DNA of 64,000 bases. Origin: Callorhinchus milii (Eukaryota). Numbering within the stretch: position 1 is the stretch's first letter; the number at the start of each line of letters is the position of its first letter. The notes beneath the pieces were generated by a model. The model did not search any database and was not told the origin of the DNA. It worked only from the letters and a program-made list of their open reading frames with translations. The position numbers and the translations under genes are program-made. Where the stretch lies: NCBI RefSeq assembly GCF_018977255.1, contig NW_024704742.1:83578001-83642000 (forward strand). The letters run 5' to 3'. Of the stretch, positions 22,892-36,697 are shown piece by piece.

Positions 22892-25345
22892 AGCAGAATC
22901 CAAGGATTAGTTGATCGTTAAAGTTGCAGTATATCCTGATTTAATGAAGGCTTGTTATTTCAACATGATAATTGGGAAAAAATGATAATAAATGTGCAGC
23001 AAACAGAGTAAAATGATTCTGGTTATCACACACTGCACAACTTTAATTTTAACTGTAAATGAATTGTTTGGAAATACACAGACCCAAAACTCTTACATCA
23101 TTTTTCATGCCTCAGTGTATGAGCTTAAAGTGATTATATGGGGCTTGAGTTAACAGTAACTGTAAAAGAGACTTAAACCATTCTTTGATTCTGTAATAAG
23201 GATTATCATAGGCGTACAAAATGGGTCATGTAAACTGCCTCTTGCCACACTATCCAAAAGTAAGTGGCTGCAGTCATTTTGGAGGATGGTCGGGATTGAA
23301 TGTGCTGAGAGAGAGGTTAATGACCAGCGACAACCCAACTATAACAGCTTTCTGGGAGCTTCTCGTGTTTCTGGCCTGCACGTGGGACTTTTGCTAATAA
23401 TAATAGTAATCCCTGCATTTTATATAGTCACTTATCACGTCATTGAGACGTCTCAAAGCTCTTCACAGAATATACTCTCGTGGATTGACTGTGTATTTTG
23501 TGGGCAAAACCTCCTAGAGTGATCCTTTCAGAGTGGAATGTATACACCTTATTTTCCTTCACTGTAGACTTTATACACAGCATTAGGAGAAGCCCAGCTC
23601 AGCATTAAATGGGAAATTTATGGTTTTGTTGAGCATATAAGCGCTTTGAGACATCTAGAAGACGTGAAAAGCGTTATATCAAATGCAAGGATTATTATTA
23701 TTATATATAGACCTGCTTAATCTGGCTCCAAAGGGGGAGAGTCCCGGGAACAGTCTCTAAGTGAGAATCTCTCACTTCAAGTGAAGAAATTGCTTAATAA
23801 AGATGGTATTTTCTTCCATTCTAGAGGGAATGTTGAACAGAAAGCATTGCCTCTGGACCTTAGCCGAGGAATGAGAATGTCCTTCAGAGCAGATTGAAAA
23901 GCCTGTTGACAACATTTTGTTTATTATTTTTTGCATAATCATTACAGCACAGGCGTAACCAGGCTTTCTTGATTTCTCATCTATTCAGCTACTCTTTCTA
24001 ACAACCTGAACTTCAAGTTTTGGTCCTTAAAGGATATAATTTTTTCAATATATTTTAGAGAACAGACGCATTATTCCCATCACTCGTGTGGTAGAACTCA
24101 CATAAAGTGTTCTTAAACTATGGTTTGAGGAGAGAATCCTGCTAAAATATAATTTCCAGGAATCTACAATCTACCTGCTGAAGTTTGGAGGGGGCGGGGA
24201 GGGAGGGGGGAGGGAGATTACATTGTATGTATTAGAGCAAGAGTCAAATGATATGTTAATAGCTTCTTTTTGCTTTTTTTTATAAGATCACTGAACTTTG
24301 CGCTTTGTTTAGTCAGACCCTCTTGTCAAATTGCATTGTGTAACAGACTGGTGTGGAAACAGAAACAAGGTCATTGGCATCTGTTTATTCAGCATGAGGA
24401 AGTTGCCAGATTCAGTTCACTGAGATTACCTAAATATACTGAGTGGTATTAGACTTTTGTTCGACCGAATACTCCAGAGAAGGCTCACATCAAAAAAAAG
24501 GGCTTGTTCCTGCAGCATTCCTTATTTTTTGGCATGTAATAAATCATCACCTTTTTAGTGACACAAGTCTAATTGTTCCACTAATCCAACTGCAGAAGGT
24601 GTTCGTTCCCTGGACGATTATTTTGGTCTGTGTTGCTCTGAAATGACATATCATAGCAAGCCTACATGCACTTCTGTTTGTGAGAATGGTAATAATTTTA
24701 GAAACAAAGTCACTTGGGTGGTAAATTGATCAAAAGGTGATACTGGCACCACTTGGTAATGAAGCTTAGTACATCTTTCAGAGTACTGCAAAGCTCTGAT
24801 CAGCATGTGAACTGGGAATGGGTGTGTCTTTCACATTATGTAGGACAGGAGTTGGATTATCAACTAATCCTCATTGTATCTGACAACTGCTTAACTTCTC
24901 TTCTAAGGAAGCTCCTTAGCTACCTTTATTTTTAAATGTCTCTGGTGGTTCATACTGTTCCTTATATCCTCCAGGGTGCTCTATATCGATCCGAGGGAAG
25001 TATTGATAACAGTGAGGCTGAAGTCTTTTCCTGTTTGAGTTTATTGTAAGGAGTTAAATTGGTTATAAATGGGTGCACTGTGGACCCCATAAAAAGTACA
25101 TGTGCTGAAGCCAGCTTTTGCACCCAAACGGCCGACATCTGGGTTGTCCAGCTGCCACCAATGTCACTTCCTGCTTTGAGCATGTGCAGAGACCAAGAAG
25201 TGACATCAGCAGCGATCTGATGTCCTGGATGTGGACCAATGTTCTTTTAACACGGGGACAGGCTGGTGCACATGAACGAGCAGCGTGTCCGCTTAAGCAG
25301 TGAACCTGGCTATTGTGTTTCGTTATAGCATGGGGCTGGGACTTT

Positions 25346-25699
25346 ATAATAATAATCCTTGCATTTGATATAGCATCTTTTCACGTCTTCTAGACGTCTC
25401 AAAACGCTTCACAGAATATACTGTAAAGTGAATTGACTGTGTATTTTTGTGGGCAAACGCGGCAGCGCACAGCAGTGTCCCACAAACAGTCGTGGATTGA
25501 GTGACCAAATTTTTTTTTTGTGTGAGGGATTATTACCTCCGGAAAAGCAATCCGAAAATTGACTTACAACTGGGTTCCTACTTAGCGCTAGGTGAACAGA
25601 GGCGTGTGGAGTAAGGAAACTTGCCCAACGCTTCACCCTGCTGGGAATTGAACCCAGGATCTCTCGATTGTGAGGCGAGGGCTCTAACCACAAAGCTAC
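25346..25699 (-). mobile_element. tRNA-derived SINE, long subfamily, full length
   Basis: Reverse complement of the 8108 copy. Confidence 0.9.
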
Positions 25700-26517
25700 T
25701 AAGCATTAAGGGTGGGGTGGGATAGATCTCATTGATTTAGAGCATGACTCCTCTGCAGTTGGCTCTTGTGGAGGAGCTGACACCAGCAAAGACTCCAGTG
25801 GATGAATGGCCTCCTTTTGTGTTATAATTTCAATGATTGAGTTAGATTGTTTTTGTTGTGAATTTTTTTCCTCCCAAACTTTTTTTTAAACAAAGCAGTG
25901 GGTCTATTATGTGCTATGTGTAAATACAGCTTTGTTGTTTGTCATATTAAAATGCATATCGTGATTCTCAGCCAAAGGACGGCACCTCCAACTATATTGG
26001 AATCTGAGCCTGAACCATAACTTCACTTCCAGCTCTTATTGGAAAATAGGTTGTGGCAATACTTGGTCATGCATTCTGGTTATATATAAACTGTTTATCC
26101 TGGCCAGTAGAATTCCACTGTAAAGTTAATCCAAAGTTCATGATATATTCAGCTTGACTCAATTTGCTTATCATGCATTTAGGTTTTGGCATGAGCATAT
26201 CTCAACATTAGGTTATTGCACTGTAGTGTCAACTGCATGTAACATATCACATTTTACATTCAAAAATGGGACTGAAACCCGGGTTCAGACGATCTGCAAT
26301 TGTGCATCAAATGCAATTTTTTGCAGAGCTGATAGAAATGGCATTTTATACGCAAAACATTGCAATGTGAGCTAGAGGCTCTTAAAACTGTTTCAGCTTT
26401 AGGATTACTTTTCAGATGCCTATGCATCTTACCCAACATGTCTCAGTTGGTTGTACTCTTGTTTCTGAGTCAAGAGGGTTGTCAACACAAACCTTTTATC
26501 AGGGCTTTGAGATAATA

Positions 26518-27154
26518 GCCTCTGTTTACCTAGCAGTAAGTAGTAACCAGGTTGTTAGGCAATTGGCGAATTGCTTTTCTGAGGGTAATAATCCCTTCAA
26601 AAATAAATAAATACAATCACAACAAAATTACATTTGTATAGTGCCTTTCACGTCGGGAAGACATCCCAAGTTGCTGGACAGACAGAGTTACGGACCCGAG
26701 CTGAGTGTCAGGGTGGGGTGGGGGGAATCAGGGAGATCAAAAGCACAGTCGAAGAGGTGGGTCTGAAGGTGGCGAGAGAGAGAGCGAGATGGCGGGATTG
26801 CGGGATGGAGTTCCAGAGGGGTGGGTGCAGAGTGGCGGAAGGCCCTCCCACTGATAGTGGGGCGAGCAAGGCAGGGCACGTAAAACAGGCCAAAGCCTGC
26901 TGAGCGGAGGGAGGGAACAGGGTGGTAGGGGTTAGGAGATTGGAGAGGTAGGGAGGAGCAAGCCCATGGAGGGAATAATAATAATTTGGTCACTCAATCC
27001 ACGACTGTTTGTGGGACACTGCTGTGCGCAATTCGCTGCCGTGTTTCGCCCACAAAATATACAATCAATTCACTTTACAATATATACTGTAAAGGGCTTT
27101 GAGATGTCTCGAAGACGTGATAAAGTGCTTTATCAAATGCGAGAACTGTTATTA
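26518..27154. mobile_element. Plus-strand SINE split by a minus-strand L2 3' fragment (about 26620-26972)
   Basis: SINE middle at 26518-26606 resumes at 26976; L2 fragment (RPTISGRAFRHSAPT) lies between. Confidence 0.75.
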
Positions 27155-27854
27155 TAAACAACCATGAGGTAAATCCCAATTAATTTGGAGACCAGTAAGT
27201 CCACTGAGAGAAACTCCCATGTCTTACAGAATTATTAGTAATTATTTGTTTTAACAATAATTATTAATGATTTGATTAATATAATCAAATGGGATTGTTA
27301 ATGTTCACCTGGATGATAGAAGGGCCTCGGTTTATAATCCCATTCAAAAGACAGCGCCTCTTCCAATGCAATACTGCACTGGATTGCTAGCTAGACGAAG
27401 AGCCGCGGACTCAAAATAGGACTTGAATCAAGGCAGCACTGCCATTTACATGTCCACAATGACACCAAATTGAACGAAAAAATATATAATGCAGGAAATT
27501 TTATTTTGTTTCATCGAATTTCCTTTTTTTTACTCCTCCTTCTCAACATTTGTGAGTCATGTGATTGATTTGAATGTTGAAGCTGGTATAGCCATTGCTG
27601 CTTGTATTTGACTACAGTGTGCCAGCTGACCTCTGAAAAGGTTAAGTATTTGACTTTTTTCCAGTGTCTTACTTTGGAACCTCCCCATCACCCTGCAACT
27701 GTTTATATCAGGTGGGAGGATCTGACTAGTCCCTGGACTGTGTCATCGCTACTACAACATATAGTGTTACTATTTTCCTCTTATAACCTTTTGTAGCCTA
27801 TGAATCCACCTACACTACATGGACAGGGCTTTAGAGACTTTACTCAATCCTCCC

Positions 27855-28516
27855 AACAATAACTTGTATTTATATAGCGCCCCTCATGCGGAGTAGAGTC
27901 CCGGAGCACTTCACAGTGGCAGACTCTGACAACGAGCCAGAGGAGAGTGAGGGATGAGGTGACTCTAAGCACGATCAAAAAGGAAGGTGCCTGTGTTTGT
28001 CACCTCCCGCCTGGATTACTCAAACGCACTCCTCGCCGGTCTCCCCAGCTCCACTATTCAAAATATCCAGCTCACTCAGAACTCTGCCACCGCATACTGA
28101 CCCGGACCAAACTCCGTACCCCCATCTCACCAGGTCTGGCCAGGCTCCACTGGTTCCCCATCATCAAATAGATCAACTTCAAGATCGTCACACTCGTGTT
28201 CAAATCCCTTCACTCTCTGGCACCTCCTAACCTCTCCGACCTTCTCACTCCCCAATCCACCACCTGGTGCCTCCGCTCGACTGACACCGGCCTCCTGCTC
28301 ATCCCTCGCATCCTCCGCCCCACCATCGGAGGTTGCGCTTTCAGCCACTACGCCCCGAAACTCTGGAACACTCTCCCTCAATCCCTCCGTCTTGCCCCCT
28401 TTTTCAAGTTCCACCAGAAAACCTTCCTCTTCAACCGTGCTTACAGTCACCTTCCCCCCCCTTTGAGACGCTATCCGACATGGAGGGCGCTCTATAAGTG
28501 CAAGTTGTTGTTGTTG
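27855..28516. mobile_element. Back-to-back L2 3' ends (- 27855-27990; + 27991-28516)
   Basis: Minus-strand tail aacttgtatttatatagcgccc; plus-strand LARLHWFP...FSHYAPKLWNTLP and (TTG)n tail. Confidence 0.82.
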
Positions 28517-29544
28517 TATACAGAATGGCCTGCTCCCATTCCTGTTACATGTTTCCTACCCTAGCTTCCCTTGGTGGGCAAGCATTCAGGCATTCTATTC
28601 CCTACTTCTTGGAACTCCATCTCAGAGATCCTCTGCCTCGCCCCTCACCTATTAAGACAGCCGTAAGACAATTTTACGACCACTGTTGGTCACCTTCACC
28701 CTCCTCCCCAGTTCAGACTTCCAGTGAGCCATGTGAAGTGCTTTGGGATGTCCTTCTGACATGAAAGGCGTTATGCAAATGTAAACCGTGGTTGTTGATT
28801 TAAGATGTTGCTGCGAGCACAAGCTTCCAATTCTTATTTTGTTGCTTCTGAAGATTATGAACAATTCAATTCTGACTCAGTGAATCAAACTTTGACTTAG
28901 TGGCTCAAAAAATGGCTCACATGGAAGGGATAAAATGCTATAAATTTGATGTGGTGAGGCACCATAACATTTCAAGTTTTTTCATTTACTACCCCTATGG
29001 CGAGCACTCAACAATAGATTTATTTTTCTGGGAAAGGGATTGGGTGAGAATTGACAACAATCAATTTTCATGCAATGAGATCCCATAAACAGCATTTAAT
29101 GTGTACTTTTCCATCTCAGAGAAATTAACACAACCAACGAATGTATTATCACCCTCCTTTGCATTTGCCGGAGTAATGATAATTGCTGTTTACCAGGTTA
29201 ATAAGAGGAAATCAGTATATGATTTCTTTCAAAATAGCACCATGTGATCTTTAGCATGCCACTAAACACACCTCTGTTAACATTTCATCTGAAAGATGGT
29301 AATTTCTACTTTGCAGTGTTCACCTAGCATTGCGCTGGAGTGTCCGCCTGGACTCTGAGCTCAAAGCCTCAACCTGGGATTTGAATTTATAGTCTTCTGG
29401 ATCAAAGATGAGATTGCTACCAACTGAGGAAGGCTTCATATTATAAAGTCACAAATTGCAAACTTGTAACCAATGTGATTTTGACAATTTTTCAATTAGG
29501 TTTATGACAAGAACAACAACAACAACTTGCATTTATAAGTGAAT

Positions 29545-29770
29545 GATCTGGGGAATTGTTGGCCAGGACACTGGGAAAAACTCCCTTTTTTGAACACTCC
29601 CAATGGGATCTTTAACATCCACCTGAACAGGCCGTGGGCTCAGCCGAAAGACAGCTCACCCAGCACTGCACAGGAGTGTCAAACTGGACTGTGAGTCCCA
29701 CTGTGGACCTTGAACTCAGAACCTTCTGACTCAGAAGCAAGCATGCTACCAACTGAGCCAGGCTGACACT
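29545..29770 (-). mobile_element. Old SacSINE1/Deu-like SINE, 5' half
   Basis: ttggccaggacactgggaaaaactcc...accttctgactcagaagcaagcatgctaccaactgagccaggctgac. Confidence 0.75.
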
Positions 29771-29900
29771 CATATTAACAAATTTAGTTATTTGGGATTG
29801 TTGCATTACTCATTCACAAAGTATATTTTCACAATTTGTTTGAAACTTTATTCCCATTACGTTTGAGATAAGGACATCTATTCCTTTGTTTTAACCTCAG

Positions 29901-30036
29901 GTGAAAATGAAATCCTCAGTGTTCTACACAAGATTTCAAGCAAGAATAAAATCTGGAGATCCTACATTGGAATGGGCTATTACAACTGCTCGGTGCCACA
30001 ATCAATTCTCCGCAACCTGCTAGAAAATTCAGGATG
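29901..30036 (+). CDS. GLDC: GLDC exon 3 ([45 protein letters not shown])
   Basis: ctcag|GT...GGATG|gtaatg; 136 nt; in frame with exons 2 and 4. Confidence 0.97.
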
Positions 30037-32535
30037 GTAATGCTTTCTTAGTTTAAATGCACTTCCCTAAATGCTTTAATAATGAAGGAGAGGCAGCTCG
30101 AAGCTGCAGAGGATTGGTGCGGAGGTTGTTATGCAATAGTGTGCTCGGGTGCACATTTGTACAAGTGGTATTCTTGCAAACTGCCAAAGAATGAACTCTG
30201 GGGCATAAGAATAATAATCCTTGCATTTGATATCGTGCCTTACCATGTCGTTGAGATGTCAGCCCGAGCTCCCAGTTGGCTCAGTGAAGCGCTTTAAGAT
30301 GTCCACTTGACAAGAAAGGCACTATATAAATGTGCAGTTGTTGCTGTTGTTGTGGTAGATTCGGATGGACATTTTTCAAAGGCAGCAGATTGACATATCA
30401 AGACATTATGTATTGAGGAATCAAGGTACTATGGTGATTCCAGGCCCTGAATCAAGGCCAAGAACTTGCTGTAGCCATTGGTTTCAAACAGGAGCTGAGA
30501 GTATATATTTTCCTGTGGTCTGTTGGGCCTTTCAGAGTTTCAGGTGAGAGCTTGTCAGTTCAGTTGGAAGAAACAAATCTCTGGGGCCACACAACAATAA
30601 CAAATTACATCTGTATAGTGCCTTTCACGTCGGGAGGACGTTCCGGGGTGTTTGGCACTCACCGCCCCCTCCACCTAAGACATAGAATGGGGGGTCGGCT
30701 GCATTCAATGAAGAAAAAAATATTGGTCATTCAATCCACGACTGTTTGTGGGACCTGATGTGAGCAATTGGCTGCCGAGTTTCGGCCTCAAAACACACAG
30801 TCATTACACTTTACAGTATATTCCGTGAAGCGCTTTGAGACGTCTCGAAGATGTGATAAGGCGCTATATAAATTAAATCTTGTTGTTGTTGTATATCAAA
30901 TGCAAGGATTATTATTATTATTAATACTATGGGGCCAGAGGCAAAGTGATACTGAGAATTAAAGTATGTAATTTGAATTCAGACTTTTCACAAAAGAACA
31001 TGGTTATACAACACCACCAAAGAGGTAAAAAGGACATGTTTATAGTACAAAAACATCCAAAGTTACATTTAATAGTGGTCTTCTTGCAGGATAGCATCTT
31101 GGAATGCTGTTGGAATGCCGAGCAAAGGGGAGGGGGAAGGTTGGAGGTAATTATTGGCACAGTATAAGAAATAGGTCTTAAGGTGGGATTTAAGATGGGG
31201 AGCCAGTAGAGCCTGGTTTGGGGTGATAGGTTTGTAGAGTTTGGTTCATACAGCCTGGGAGTGGTGATAATTGTAGAATGGAGGGTATTATATAAGTGCG
31301 AGTTATTGTTGTTGTATGTGGTATTTACACCTCAGATCTACAGGGCATTCATCTTGCTTAAAAGCAAACGAGTGTTATGAGGGGAACCTTATAATGGGGT
31401 TCTACTGTATTAACCTTTCAGTCTTCAAAAACAAAAATGTTCTGGTGTGGCTTTGCTGTTGCAGTACTCGCAGGGTTAAATGAACCCTCCAGGATCGGAC
31501 CAGGCCTTGCAATGGCCCCATCATTAAAACATTCCTTTAATTAATATTTTGAAACTGTTCAAGCGAGTGAGAGAAACGTGAAGTACACCACACAGTGTAC
31601 AATGTACAAAAAGAGACGCTGTTTTTGTTCCCACCTCCTGTTGCCCAAACTTAACAGGGACCAGAATTTTCAGCCTTGTTTCCCTCTGTTTACTCAGCTC
31701 TGCTTTTAAAATGCCCCGAGTTCTTCTTTAAAATGTCAAATATAATTGCCACAAAATTGTTAATAGATGAGAGGAACGGGTTACACAAGAACATAGTACA
31801 TCATATGTTCTATGTAATGATCTAAGAACTGAATAGTGGATAACAAATTATCTAGGGCTATTAAAGAGATTCTTATTGCAACAACCCAGTAAGGTTACCT
31901 AGTAACCGTCTTAAATTACACCAGTGTGATGTGAAAGTAGAAGGCAAACTTTAGAAAAGAAGGTATAAAGAAATTTTGTTGTTGGAATAAATTTACATAA
32001 ATTGGTTGCTGGGACAAAAAATGGAATTTGGTGATGTATTTTTCACCTCATTGACACTGCCCTTTTTATTGCTAGTATATTCATGTCATTGACATAGACA
32101 ACCTGCTCGCATTGGCACTGTTTATGCTTTTGAGCGAAGGTGGAAAAAGGAAAAAACATTTAGGGACGCTCTCGATTATAATAATAATAATCCTTGCATT
32201 ATTGACTGAAGTTGTTATCAACAAGATTAACTTAACTAGTGGAAGGGAACTCCAGGGCGTTAGATTATAAGTTAATAAGTTATTGTAACCCTGTATAACT
32301 CATTGGTACAGCCACATTTTAAATATTGTGGCCAATTTTAGGTGTTTCCCCTTCAATAGGGCATTGGTGTATTGCAGCTAGGAATGAAAAATAAATCCAG
32401 GACTGAATTTGGATGAAACCCTTGCTCAATTAAACTTGATTTTCATTGGGAAAAGAATGAGGTGAGGGGAAGGTGTGATCCATGTATTTAAAATAGTGCA
32501 CCCAAACTGTAGAAAGTAAATGTAATATAATATAT

Positions 32536-33240
32536 AGTAATAATCCTTACATTTGATATAGAGCCTTATCATGTTGAGACATTTCAAAGCACTTCACAGA
32601 ATATAATAATAATCCTTGCATTTGATATAGCGCTTTTCACGTCTTCCAGACTTCTCAAAGCACTTCATAGAATATGCTGTAGAGTTAATTGACTGTATAT
32701 TTGTGGGCAAAACGTGTCAGCCAATTGCACACAACGGTGTCCCACAAACAGTCGTGGACTGAGTGACCAAATTATTATTATTATTTTTTTTAGGGATTAT
32801 TGTCCCCGGAAAAGCGATCCGCCCATCGACTAATAATCGGGTTCCTACTTACTGCTAGGTAAAACTATAATGTGAATTTGTGGGCAAAACAAGGCAGCCA
32901 ATTGTGCACAGCACTGTCCCACAAAGAGTTGTGGATTGAATGACCAAATTATTATTATTATTATTTGTTTTTGGTGGGACTATAACCCAGGAAAGTGATC
33001 TGCCAATCGACTAACAACAGGGTTCCTACTTACTGCTAGGTAAACAGAGGTTTGAGGAGTAATGAAGCTTACCTAAGGTTTCGCTCTGCCTGGGAATTGA
33101 GCTTGTCAGGCGAGTGCTCTAACCGATGCACTACAGGACTCCACTATAGAAAAGTAACAGTCATCCTTGCATTTGATATAGTATCTTTCACATCAGGGTT
33201 GTCTCAAAGTGCTTTGCAGGATTTACTGTAATGTAGTCGC
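32536..33240 (-). mobile_element. Cluster of nested/tandem tRNA-derived SINE pieces
   Basis: Several tails and two central segments; head ends ctacaggactccac at about 33143. Confidence 0.85.
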
Positions 33241-34549
33241 TGTTTATTCTGGAGTGGAAAATGATTGCTTAAACTAAAAGAGCAAGAATGTTTCCAAACT
33301 AGAAAGCCTCAAGCGAGATTAGAGATTTATTGTAGTTTTTATGGTACATGAATTGACACTTTCTGAAAGATGTCTATCTGGCAAACAGGATTGAAAGTTA
33401 GAATAGATAGTGCAAGAATAGATGTATTGGTGAAACATTACTCTGCAGAATACTCTGACTCCAGTCTTGCTAGCACCATGAAATTATCATCTGTAAAAAT
33501 GCATCGTGAAGCCAGAGTGAGTAATTTAGGTTGTAAAATTAGATTGGTATTTTGGGATTTTAATCTGATCACCATTTGGATCCAGGCAAAATATGAGAGA
33601 TTTACCTTGCATCTCATTTGTACTTCACTTTTAAATCAATCAGACACAATCTTCATGTGGTACTTTCGCCCACAAATATAGTCAATTCACTTTACAGCAT
33701 ATTCTATGAAGCGCTTTGAGACGTGAGAAGCGCTATATCAAATGCAAGGATTATTATTATTACTCAATTAATTGATTGGTAGATCGCTTTTCAGGGGAAA
33801 TAATCCCTTAAAAAAAATTACTCAATCCACAACTGTTTGTGGGACACTGCTGTGCGCAATTGGCTGCCTCGTTTCACCCACAAAATATAGTCAATTGATT
33901 TTGCAGTGTTCTGTGCTAACCCTTTGAGATGTCTTGAAGATGCGATAAGGTGCTATATTAACAACAACTTGCATTTATATAGCACCCTTCACGCGGGGTA
34001 ATGTCCCAGAGCACTAGTCAAGGACGCCACCCCAGATACAATGCAATAATAATCTTGCATATCAAATGCAAGGATTATTATTATTATTATTTCGACACTA
34101 AAAGTGCAATATTGTATAAATGCAAGACATCAAATTTTGAACCTTATTCCAGATTTTTAAAGTTCTTAGTTAAACTCCCGACTTTCTTTTAAAATAAAGT
34201 AATTGTCTATCATTTGATGTTGGTTTGCTCTCAACTTTATGAGTTGAAGCTCCCCTCAGCCCCTGGAGAGAGCAATGTGCAGTGTAGAATCCCATTCAGA
34301 ATTGCTCTACAACTAGATGTGATTACTTTTAGCAGTATAAAAGAAGCATTAGAAATTTTACTTGTGTTCATTAATTTATCTTCAGAGGTAAAGTAAGTTT
34401 GGGGAGAGAGAGTCCATTACACTAGATTCTGCATGTAGTTATTTGGAAGGCATGAACTCAAGAGGCCTTGGCTCATTCCACGCCTTTATGTTTTGCACAG
34501 CTAGTACCATGCTACCAAATTATTCTTCCAACTCACTGGCACAACCTCC

Positions 34550-34950
34550 GCACAGTTGGACTTTGTGAAAGGAAAGTGACAGGACTCCACTACACTGCAC
34601 ACTTTGAATGTGTAGTTTTGTTTGTTCCCATCAGTGCTTTATAGTGGTGGTGGGTTTGCTGTTCACTGAAGCAATAAAACTTTTTTTAGAAACGGTGAAG
34701 AAAATCACTTCAATGTGTCAATCGTACTGCATTTCATTCAGCACGGTTTTAAAATCTACAAATGGAAAACAGACCGGAGGTGGGGAAGGGGGAAACAATC
34801 CCCATCACTGCTTCTCATCGCCATGCTTGGTACATATGTGTGTGATCGAGATTATCTGGGCCACAGAACACTTTACACAAGTAACCAGCAAATGCTTTGA
34901 TAGACACTGTGCTTCTCTAGGGCAGCATTGGACTTAGCAAACTTTTCTAG
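34550..34950. repeat. Direct repeat copy A (partner 36698-37099)
   Basis: About 400 bp with roughly a dozen differences by eye; offset 2148. Confidence 0.95.
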
Positions 34951-35691
34951 ACCACCTAGAGAATGCTCTGGTGTCTTTACAGTAAGACCTGCATAAGTCC
35001 GATCTGTATAAATCGTATAATCACTTACAACTGCCCAAGTCCCATTCAAGAGTTTATAATCTATATATTCTACGCAAGTTTGAGATAACTCATATTTTGC
35101 ACAAATCATATTAAATGTATTGTCCCAACTGATACGACTTACTTGAGGTTCATGAGGTTTACTGTACTCTCATCTACAAGCTCAGACAAGAAGTGGAAGA
35201 ACTGCCCCATTGCATGTAGATGAGACTGCAAGTTATTGAGACTTGTAACTACACTCATAGGAATGTAATGCTGTACTCCTATATGCTTTCCCTCCCAGCC
35301 CCTGTACGTTTCCATTGGCAAACTTTTCTAGACCACATAGAGAATGCTCTGCTGTCTTTACAGTAAAACCTGCATAAGTCAGATCTGTATAAATCGTATA
35401 ATCGCTTACACGTGCCCAAGTCCCATTCAAGAGTTTATAATCTATATATTCTACGCAAGTTTGAGATAACTCATATTTTGCACAAATCATATTAAATGTA
35501 TTGTCCCAACTGATATGACTTACTTGAGTTTCATGAGGTTTACTGTATTCTCATCTACAAGCTCAGACAAGAAGTGGAAGAACTGCCCCATTGCATGTAG
35601 ATGAGACTGCAAGTTTTTGAGACTTGCATTTACACTCATAGGAATGTAATGTGTCTCTCCTATATGCTTTCTCTCCCTGTACGGTTCCATT
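34937..35691. repeat. Tandem duplication, 381-bp unit x2 (34937-35317, 35318-35691)
   Basis: Both units begin gcaaacttttctagaccac; paired ORFs in the track are offset by 381. Confidence 0.95.
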
Positions 35692-35914
35692 CCCTTCTCC
35701 ATTGTTTAGATTCATTGTATAGCGCCTTTGCACACCCTCCTTACATGAAAGGCGCAGTACAAATGTAATGTATTGTATTATTGGTTGCTGCATGTATATT
35801 TTATAAATAACTTATTAGTAATGAGGTGATGTCTTTTTCAAAATGAAAACACCTTAGAGGAGGAATTGGATGGGAGGCGTGGAGTAATGAAACCTTTGTG
35901 CTTCTGTTTGCCAG

Positions 35915-36079
35915 GGTTACCCAGTACACTCCGTATCAGCCTGAGGTGTCTCAGGGCAGACTGGAGAGCTTGCTAAACTACCAGACCATGGTGTGTGACC
36001 TCACCGGAATGGATGTGGCCAACGCTTCCTTGTTGGATGAGGGAACGGCTGCAGCAGAGGCGATGCAATTGTGCCACAG
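35915..36079 (+). CDS. GLDC: GLDC exon 4 ([55 protein letters not shown])
   Basis: ccag|G...CACAG|gtgaga; 165 nt; lies within ORF 35898..36083. Confidence 0.98.
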
Positions 36080-36697
36080 GTGAGATAACCAGAGGGTCTG
36101 ATCTCGAATTCTCCTCTCCCAGCGGGCAGCTCTGTGTCAACTTATTCATTTCCCTTGAGGTCACATTAGTTTCTGTAAACTTGGTCTGAAGAACACAAAG
36201 TGGCATTCTTAACACCACTCGTTTGCAGTAGGTTTCTTGTATATTCCTTAGGTCTTCTGGGCTGTTGTTCACATTGTCCTGGCTTGTAGGCAAATTCCAG
36301 TCATTGGAGACCAAAGTATGGTGATTTCTAGCAGGATTCCTTAACAAACAAACTGGAAGTACAGAGTATCCACAAAGTCCTGTTACCCCCTGTTACAAAA
36401 CAGTGATATGAGACTATGAAGGAGCTAAAACAAGCTCTCAGAGGTGCATTTCGCCTTATCACTCCATTCATGTTACCAAAATGTACCGAACATGGTGACG
36501 AAAATCTGTCGTGAAAATGATGGCGCTCACACACACCGATCCTCTGGACGGCTACATACAGTTAAACACTTGTACGGAATACAATTAAGTGCTTCTAAAT
36601 ACATTTACCGTAATTTTTCCACACGTTTCAGTTGTTGGCCAGTGAACTGTAGAAAAAACCTGGGGGTAACAGGACTTTGTGGATACATTGTATCTCT

